Shown piece by piece: positions 24,450 through 29,822 of a stretch of DNA of 29,822 nucleotides (within the stretch, counting starts at the first letter, position 1; each line of letters starts with the position of its first letter). Under the pieces are notes generated by a model. It worked only from the letters and a program-made list of their open reading frames with translations, had not been told where the DNA came from and ran no database searches. A program made the position numbers and the translations under genes. Source of the stretch: a virus (Duplodnaviria > Caudoviricetes); IMG/VR virus record IMGVR_UViG_3300037787_000004, positions 1 through 29,822 of that record; one strand, written 5' to 3'.

Positions 24450-25332
24450 ATTGGCTTATTGCTTTGAATATCTGTAACGCTACTTGTGGTACTATTGCGT
24501 TTCCGTAGGCCTTGATGGATTCGTTTCTCCACTTAGAAAAGGTAATACCGTCCAGTTCCCTGGGAAGCCCATCATCTCCTCCACAAAGAGAGGGTTTAGA
24601 TGGAAACTTTTCGAAGTTTGATTGAGGTAATTTACCGCATCTCCTAAATTGTTGGTCATTGGATTTGCTCCTTTTCTCGGATTGGTTCCTTTCCGGCCTC
24701 CCTTCTCGCATTGTGCCGTTGGAGTTGGAAGCATCCCGTACTTCACTTGGCTCAATAGACTGCCGTACTTCGTGCCGTTCTTGTACCCGTTCTTCTCCGC
24801 TCTTGCTCTCATCTTCTCCGGACTCTCGTCGGTCATTACTGCCGTTGGAGTGAGCAACAAACCATATTCGATCTCTTCTGTGCGGTGCGTTGAGGCCTGC
24901 AGCTGGAAGTAGAAACGGCTGGACTTCGTACCCTTCAGTTTCCAGCTCAAGTTGCACCTCGTCGAATACCAACCCTCCATTCCAATTAACAAGGCCGCGA
25001 ACGTTTTCGCCCACAACCCATTGGGGTTTAATTTCTCGAATTGCTCTAAGCATTTCTGGCCATAAATGGCGTTCATCTTCTTTTCCTCTGCGTTTTCCTG
25101 CGCTGGAGTAGGGTTGGCAAGGGAATCCCCCTGTGAGGATATCGATGCTTCCTCTATGGCATCTAAAATCGATATTTGTAACATCTTCATAACTTATTGC
25201 GTTTGGCCAATAATGGTGTAAAACTCTTCGCCCGAATGGATTCCACTCGCAATGGAATATATTCTCCCACCCCATCCATTCTGCTGCAAGGTCGAATCCT
25301 CCGATTCCTGAAAATAAGCTTCCGTGTCTCAT
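24430..25332 (-). CDS. C5 cytosine DNA methyltransferase, alpha subunit
   Basis: Motif I LFSGIGG, IV GFPCQ, VI ENV, VIII HRRDR and X GNAIV; motif IX not found in this frame. Confidence 0.93.
   Translation of the reverse strand: MRHGSLFSGIGGFDLAAEWMGWENIFHCEWNPFGRRVLHHYWPNAISYEDVTNIDFRCHRGSIDILTGGFPCQPYSSAGKRRGKEDERHLWPEMLRAIREIKPQWVVGENVRGLVNWNGGLVFDEVQLELETEGYEVQPFLLPAAGLNAPHRRDRIWFVAHSNGSNDRRESGEDESKSGEERVQERHEVRQSIEPSEVRDASNSNGTMREGRPERNQSEKRSKSNDQQFRRCGKLPQSNFEKFPSKPSLCGGDDGLPRELDGITFSKWRNESIKAYGNAIVPQVALQIFKAISQYETKEV
24492..25190 (-). CDS. Overlapping alternative-frame methyltransferase beta subunit
   Basis: 232-aa nested ORF ending in motif IX-like LNPLFVEEMMGFPGNWT, with two L.TPTA repeats. 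Confidence 0.75.
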   Translation of the reverse strand: MKMLQISILDAIEEASISSQGDSLANPTPAQENAEEKKMNAIYGQKCLEQFEKLNPNGLWAKTFAALLIGMEGWYSTRCNLSWKLKGTKSSRFYFQLQASTHRTEEIEYGLLLTPTAVMTDESPEKMRARAEKNGYKNGTKYGSLLSQVKYGMLPTPTAQCEKGGRKGTNPRKGANPMTNNLGDAVNYLNQTSKSFHLNPLFVEEMMGFPGNWTVLPFLSGETNPSRPTETQ

Positions 25333-25517
25333 AACACATCTACCATCTTGAGGAATCCGTTATCGACTGGTACTATCTTTGTTTCTCTCAATCGCTTGGC
25401 CAACTGTTGGTAGTTGTATTCGCTCGTTTCCGCCATCGCGCTCTTTACGGTCTTGTAAACCTTGATATTGTTCACGCTCTCAAAATAAACTACTACTGGC
25501 CTCTCTTTATATTTCAT
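25329..25517 (-). CDS. Small basic protein, possibly NUMOD1-like DNA-binding
   Basis: PVV.Y......VY.TV..A pattern; ATGA-coupled to the methyltransferase. Confidence 0.5.
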   Translation of the reverse strand: MKYKERPVVVYFESVNNIKVYKTVKSAMAETSEYNYQQLAKRLRETKIVPVDNGFLKMVDVL

Positions 25518-25554
25518 CGAATGTAGGTGTTTCTGTTTTTAGTCTGTTCTAATT
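25518..25554 (-). promoter_or_regulatory. Late-type promoter motif ahead of the methyltransferase/ninG block
   Basis: AATTAGAACA-N19-TACATTCG. Confidence 0.55.
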
Positions 25555-25948
25555 AAAATGGTAATGAATCGTCCAGCCCTTCTAAGAAGTCTTTGCTACC
25601 TTCTTGATCGTGTGCAGCGCAGGGTGTAGCTACCTTCGCTTGGCTCTGGACCACTCGCTTAACATCCCGTGCGATGATGTTGGTGTACCTGGTACCGTCT
25701 TTCTCGGAGTAACTCAACTCGCCCTCGATGTACACTAAGTCGCCCTTCGCGAATCCTGATGCTTTCTTCGCAGCGTAGCCGAAGGTGGTGATGTTGTGCC
25801 ATTGGGTTTCCTCTTTCCAGTTCCCTTCTTTGTCCTTGTAGTTTCTGCTCGTGGCAAGTGAGAACGTTGCCATTGTAATTTCACCGTTGCGTTCGGTGGT
25901 TCTTGGTTCTTGGCCAATGCGGCCCAAAATAATGCTCTTGTTGATCAT
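25553..25948 (-). CDS. ssb: Single-stranded DNA-binding protein
   Basis: INK.I.LGR.G..P, FSLATS, ETQWH, KG..VYIEG and acidic DDSLPF tail. Confidence 0.95.
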   Translation of the reverse strand: MINKSIILGRIGQEPRTTERNGEITMATFSLATSRNYKDKEGNWKEETQWHNITTFGYAAKKASGFAKGDLVYIEGELSYSEKDGTRYTNIIARDVKRVVQSQAKVATPCAAHDQEGSKDFLEGLDDSLPF

Positions 25949-26154
25949 TGTGTTTAATTAAAGGGTTAAATTATTAGTTGTTTGTTCGTTGCTTTTAAAT
26001 ATAGTTTTCGCTCCTGATGCTTTTTCTGTTGCTTCTGCATATAATCGGCTGATGTGCAGAAAGTGCACTAACCACTATTTTCATCTCTCTCTTCGGTGTT
26101 ATAAATTGTCAAGGCATAACCTGACGTTACTGCAATTATTGTAAGGTTATATCC

Positions 26155-26601
26155 TTACTCTATACTTTCCACTTGGTTTGGATCGGGAATCGCGATATCG
26201 AATACCTCCGATGCAAACATCTGCGCCTCATTCACTAACTCCATAAATTCGGAAGTGCTCAAGTCCGACGTTCCCCGCTTCTCCTGGAATACCTCACCTT
26301 CCAAAACGCTCTCCTGCAAAATTACCGAATCGCCATACTTTTGGATAATTAGGTCCGTGATTAGCTGATGCGTCTGCTCTTTGTTTCGCACCATTCCAGC
26401 CTCTCTAAAGCAGTCTTGGAAGATTGGTACTATAACACCCCACCAATAGGCATTCTGTTCGTTAGATCGCTTCTTACGCCATCTCTCGATGGTGATGCTT
26501 ACCTCCCGACCTTCGTGCTGTTTTAATGCTGCCACGAGTAGCGGCCTATTCTTGCGAACCTGACCGCCCTCGATTGAGCACTTTATCTCTATCTTTCTCA
26601 C
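26155..26601 (-). CDS. NinB/Orf-like recombination accessory protein
   Basis: KRS.EQN.Y.W and TS.LS..EF motifs. Confidence 0.7.
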   Translation of the reverse strand: MRKIEIKCSIEGGQVRKNRPLLVAALKQHEGREVSITIERWRKKRSNEQNAYWWGVIVPIFQDCFREAGMVRNKEQTHQLITDLIIQKYGDSVILQESVLEGEVFQEKRGTSDLSTSEFMELVNEAQMFASEVFDIAIPDPNQVESIE

Positions 26602-27032
26602 AATCCCCCGTGAATGTATTCAAAGCTATCATCGTAGGGTGAGCCGTTCTTCATGTAACGGTCTGAACACACATCTAAGATGTCCTGCACCTCGTCGCTG
26701 ATATTCACCTTGTACACTAACCCGGTGTTGTCGTTCTCGATGTATGCGTAGTGGTTAAGGTTATCCAAGTGAATCTCCTTTGTCTTGTGGTTATTGCGAT
26801 CGTCTTGGAAAACCTTGTAAGACACCTCCGCAAAGTACATTACCTCATCTCGGTACTTTACATCTACCTCCAAACGTTCGTGGTCTGAATCTCCATCTTG
26901 ATACGTATCGAATGCGTAGCTGAAGTTCTCCTCTAAGTTGTTGAGGAATATCTGAATGTAGTCCTTGTGGCCGAAGATATCAATCGCGGCTCTCCATTGG
27001 TCTAAGCTAATTTCTATATCTGCAACTCTCAT
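26598..27032 (-). CDS. Acidic hypothetical protein
   Basis: 144 aa with 4-nt overlaps on both sides. Confidence 0.7.
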   Translation of the reverse strand: MRVADIEISLDQWRAAIDIFGHKDYIQIFLNNLEENFSYAFDTYQDGDSDHERLEVDVKYRDEVMYFAEVSYKVFQDDRNNHKTKEIHLDNLNHYAYIENDNTGLVYKVNISDEVQDILDVCSDRYMKNGSPYDDSFEYIHGGL

Positions 27033-27319
27033 AACTCGATCTCTTCATTGATTACTGAATAGTGCAATTCGCTGGTCGTGTCGATGTCAAAGTATTGGTC
27101 ACCGATGTTAATCCGGGTGGTGCAGCTTTTAATCTCTACCTCGACCATTCCGATATCGTGGTCCTTTCTCCAATTCCACTTGGCTCGGGTTTCCAAGACT
27201 AATTTACCGTCGATATTGGCTCGAATGTAGGTCTCATCCTGCTGGTAGTGGTTTACGATGTGATTGGTTACGCGCTCCAACTCGGACTCGATAACCTCTT
27301 GAAAATAACTGTAATTCAT
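27029..27319 (-). CDS. Hypothetical protein
   Basis: 96 aa, first gene after a TATATTTG promoter. Confidence 0.7.
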   Translation of the reverse strand: MNYSYFQEVIESELERVTNHIVNHYQQDETYIRANIDGKLVLETRAKWNWRKDHDIGMVEVEIKSCTTRINIGDQYFDIDTTSELHYSVINEEIEL

Positions 27320-27342
27320 TGTAGTAAGTGTTGATTCGAAAA

Positions 27343-27350
27343 CAAATATA
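27343..27350 (-). promoter_or_regulatory. Bacteroidota-type -7 box (early-type promoter)
   Basis: TATATTTG in an AT-rich gap; upstream AAGTG shared with the 1425 promoter. Confidence 0.65.
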
Positions 27351-27369
27351 CACTTTATTTTAATATAAA

Positions 27370-28662
27370 CTAAAAAGGTGCTGAATTTTTTTGCTCTTGG
27401 ATAACGTCGTCGGCATATCTGATTAACTCGGGAATCCAGCTTACCTTCATCTTACCCGTACTTCCTGCTCGGTTCTTAGCTATTATCCATTCACCCTTGC
27501 CTTCGGTATTCGAGCCGTCGTCGAACTCCATTAGTCCGTAATACTCTGGCCGGTGAAGAAAGCAAACCATATCGGCCTCTTGCTCTATTGAGCCTGATTC
27601 ACGAAGGTCTGATAGCATCGGTTGCTTATTTCCGCGCTCCTCTACCTTTCGGTTTAATTGGCTCAATGCGATTACCGTGCACTTGTGTTGCTTAGCAAGG
27701 TTTTTCATTGCCGTTGCAATCTCGTTAATCTCCTGCTCTCGCATATCCTTTGTACCTGATATCCTTTGAATGTAGTCCACCGCTATTAGGTCTATCTTGC
27801 GCTTTCCTGCTTCCACCTGGATTCGGTTCTGAATCTGCGGAAGGGTTACCGATTCATCAATGGTTAAGTTCCACTTCTCGATTAGTGCAGCTGCTTTGTT
27901 GATCTTAATCCACTCGTCTTGGCTCAATCTCTTGCGTCGCATCTGCTCGGAATCTATCTTGGTGAGTTGGATAATCATTCGGCCAATTAACTCCGATGCA
28001 GTCATCTCTGCACTTACTACGTGAACGGACTTGCCATCGTAGCAGGCTTGCATTACTTCTCCAATCATTGCGGCCGTCTTACCCATTGCTGGCCGTGCTG
28101 CGAAGATGATTAGCTGGCCGGGTTGATATCCTCCGGTGAACTTGGTCATCATCTCAATGCTGGACCTGATTCGGCTCGTGTCCGATTCTTGCAGTTGATC
28201 AATGAAGGTTTTTATCTGTGTAGTCGTGTCCTCAATTCGGTTGCCGTCTATCTGGACTGCCTCCTGGTAGTATTCGCCTACTTTTTTAAGTACAGTATCT
28301 ATTGGATCGGTAAGGTTTATCGTCTTTATCTTGAGTGCTAACATCTCAATGTTTCGCTTCATCTCCATCTCCAGCAGTTGCGTAACGTAATATTCGATGC
28401 GCTCATTAGCTACCTTTTCCTGAAGGGTGAGTAACATTACGGACCAACCCTCTTCCGGTGGTGTTTCGGTTTTTAGTTCGTGATCGAGTGCGAATACGTC
28501 GATTGTACCTTTGTTGGATAACCGTTGCATTGCTCTCCATATCTTGCGATGTGGTTCGAAGTAGAAACTGGTTTCTCGAATCATTGATGCATATTGGAAG
28601 TAAAGCTGGTTCCAGATGATGAACCTGCCCAGTACGCCTTCTTCGATGGTCTTGTCGTTCAT
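27370..28662 (-). CDS. dnaB: Replicative DnaB-type helicase
   Basis: AARPAMGKT, SAEM, VDYIQ, LSQLNR, SDLRESGSIEQEAD and IAKNR.G motifs. Confidence 0.97.
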   Translation of the reverse strand: MNDKTIEEGVLGRFIIWNQLYFQYASMIRETSFYFEPHRKIWRAMQRLSNKGTIDVFALDHELKTETPPEEGWSVMLLTLQEKVANERIEYYVTQLLEMEMKRNIEMLALKIKTINLTDPIDTVLKKVGEYYQEAVQIDGNRIEDTTTQIKTFIDQLQESDTSRIRSSIEMMTKFTGGYQPGQLIIFAARPAMGKTAAMIGEVMQACYDGKSVHVVSAEMTASELIGRMIIQLTKIDSEQMRRKRLSQDEWIKINKAAALIEKWNLTIDESVTLPQIQNRIQVEAGKRKIDLIAVDYIQRISGTKDMREQEINEIATAMKNLAKQHKCTVIALSQLNRKVEERGNKQPMLSDLRESGSIEQEADMVCFLHRPEYYGLMEFDDGSNTEGKGEWIIAKNRAGSTGKMKVSWIPELIRYADDVIQEQKNSAPF

Positions 28663-29315
28663 AAGTTGATTGATTGGTAGTTGTTAGTTTTGGTGGGTAA
28701 TTTACTAAATTGATTCCGATCGTCGTTGCGTAGCCAATTACTCAATGCGCTTTTGTAGTTCTTGTACTTCTTGTTCTTAGCTTGGCAATAGTCCACTAAC
28801 GTATCGAAGGCCTTGCCGATGTCCTTATCCTTGAACTTCGGCTCGAGTTCGCGGATCACTCTCTCCCTTTCCTGAATGAAGTTGTTTAAGGTGTTATATA
28901 TATTAGTTTCTTTATTACTATCTATATTATTATTATAGTGTAAACTTTGTTTACTATCATCGTGTAAACTTTGTTTACTATCGGTGTAAACTTTCTTTAC
29001 AGGGTGTAAACTTTGTTTACTATCCTCATTTAGCTTCTCAACGGTATCATACCACAAGGTCGTGGACCGAAGATAGCTGGTGTTCTCGTCTTTTTCAATA
29101 AGGCCCTTTTCAATCAAACGATTAATAATCTTATGGACCGCGATTCGTGAAATGTTTAATGTATCTGCAAACCATTGCTTCGATGCGTAGCACCATCCTG
29201 GAATGTTACTTCCGTTATAAGCACTCAGCCTATAAACCATTGAAGCTACTATGTATTCATTGGTGCTGATGTCGAGCTTCTTCTGCTCCTCGTGAAAAAT
29301 TGTGGTGTATCTCAT
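28659..29315 (-). CDS. Phage replication initiator (lambda O-like) with N-terminal winged HTH
   Basis: WCYAS...A..L.IS...V...I..L..KGLI; internal iterons; coupled to dnaB; start moved to ATG 29315 because the upstream extension spans a terminator hairpin. Confidence 0.85.
   Translation of the reverse strand: MRYTTIFHEEQKKLDISTNEYIVASMVYRLSAYNGSNIPGWCYASKQWFADTLNISRIAVHKIINRLIEKGLIEKDENTSYLRSTTLWYDTVEKLNEDSKQSLHPVKKVYTDSKQSLHDDSKQSLHYNNNIDSNKETNIYNTLNNFIQERERVIRELEPKFKDKDIGKAFDTLVDYCQAKNKKYKNYKSALSNWLRNDDRNQFSKLPTKTNNYQSINL
28890..29024. repeat. Replication origin: four iterons plus an AT-rich tract
   Basis: GTGTAAACTTTGTTTACTATC at 28938, 28962 and 29004, variant at 28984; AT-rich 28890-28937. 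Confidence 0.88.
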
Positions 29316-29321
29316 AATGTA

Positions 29322-29362
29322 CAAATAAAAACCCCCGCGTCGATTGGACAAAACGCAGGGGT
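29322..29362 (-). terminator. Terminator/attenuator hairpin immediately upstream of the initiator gene
   Basis: ACCCCUGCGU-loop12-ACGCGGGGGU with one U-G pair, followed by UUUUAUUUG. Confidence 0.7.
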
Positions 29363-29413
29363 AATCATAGAAACTAAAACTAAATCTGTACGGAAGGTGT
29401 CCAATCTTCATTG

Positions 29414-29421
29414 CTAATATA
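29414..29421 (-). promoter_or_regulatory. Possible -7 box for the initiator leader
   Basis: TATATTAG, one mismatch to TAnnTTTG, in AT-rich context. Confidence 0.45.
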
Positions 29422-29430
29422 ACAAAATTA

Positions 29431-29822
29431 TTAATACCTCCGATAAAACTCAAATAATTTTTTGCGAAGTGTATCCAACGTGTCCTCTATCCGTTCGTCG
29501 AATGGCATCTGGTTATTGATGGTTCGAACGTAATGAATAACGCTGGAGTGATCGCGATTGATAAACCCCCCTATCGTGTAATAGGTGAGTCCTGCATCCT
29601 CTTTGAGCAGATAACCGTAGTACATCCGCGCCATAACTTTGGGTTGCTTACGATTGGCCGATTGCGCCTCCTGGACCGTAACTCCGAAGTGATCGCAACA
29701 AACCTTGAGTACGTCGAAGGGGTTTACCTTCCTGAACTCGTACCATTGCATTGGCCTACTATACTCTACTTTTCCCTCCGGTGCAACGGGTGCTACCTTC
29801 TCTACTGAATAAGTGTAAACCG
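29431..29822 (-). CDS. Stand-alone DnaA C-terminal (domain IV) DNA-binding protein, 132 aa across the junction
   Basis: V..HFGV......S..R......AR....YL.....LT...IG....RDHSSVIH matches the DnaA signature RDHTTV; true start at position 134. Confidence 0.88.
   Translation of the reverse strand, partial: VYTYSVEKVAPVAPEGKVEYSRPMQWYEFRKVNPFDVLKVCCDHFGVTVQEAQSANRKQPKVMARMYYGYLLKEDAGLTYYTIGGFINRDHSSVIHYVRTINNQMPFDERIEDTLDTLRKKLFEFYRRY
29696..29822. repeat. Terminal direct repeat, right copy (127 bp)
   Basis: Identical to 1-127. Confidence 0.95.

Larger units (their letters stand above)
1..29822 (-). mobile_element. Complete circular or circularly permuted tailed phage genome (HK97-type head, siphovirus-like tail), probable Bacteroidota host
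   Basis: Terminase, portal, protease, capsid, neck, tail, lysis and replication genes all on the minus strand; ends share 127 identical bases and an ORF reads through the junction. Confidence 0.95.

Noticed and set aside
3277-25917. Nested minus-strand alternative-frame ORFs (3277-3486, 4526-4795, 5311-5562, 15114-15311, 15315-15500, 16896-17108, 25735-25917)
   Set aside because: Short, no motifs, and inside conserved genes; unlike 24492-25190 they supply no missing function
28938-29024. Iteron array as a mini-CRISPR
   Set aside because: Repeats are essentially adjacent with no unique spacers, and lie within a replication initiator gene
29316-29453. 46-aa N-terminal extension of the initiator in the ORF track
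   Set aside because: It overlaps the upstream gene, a promoter-like box and a terminator hairpin; ATG 29315 is more plausible
788-29808. All plus-strand ORFs in the track
   Set aside because: They are mostly antisense shadows of well-supported minus-strand genes, with no recognisable motifs
29696-29822. 127-bp repeat as a physical terminal repeat or att site
   Set aside because: It falls in the middle of a gene and its length matches a typical assembler k-mer; best read as circular overlap
1-29822. Lysogeny module, tRNA genes or stop-codon recoding
   Set aside because: No integrase, CI/Cro divergent pair, partition genes or cloverleaf seen; genes are intact and densely packed under the standard code

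Overview
Apparently a complete, circularly closed genome of a small tailed phage: 29,695 bp unique, because positions 1-127 are repeated exactly at 29696-29822. All credible genes are on the minus strand. It has an HK97-type head, a siphovirus-like tail, a lambda-like replication/recombination module (initiator with internal iterons, DnaB, ERF, exonuclease, SSB, NinB/NinG-like) and a lysis cassette. I found no integrase, CI-like repressor, tRNA, CRISPR array or reverse transcriptase. TAnnTTTG-like promoter boxes and A/C-rich leaders point to a Bacteroidota host (inference). Most notable: (1) a bipartite promoter-like motif (AWTTAGAACR-N19-TAnnTT[T/C/A]G) found six times with identical spacing, five of them ahead of late modules; (2) a ~50-nt candidate sRNA complementary to several early translation-initiation regions; (3) a ~210-nt structured non-coding element upstream of terS; (4) a stand-alone DnaA domain IV gene plus a DnaA box inside the early promoter; (5) a two-frame M.EcoHK31I-like C5 methyltransferase; (6) a lectin-like domain nested inside a second copy of itself. 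All family assignments come from motif recognition by eye, not from database searches.
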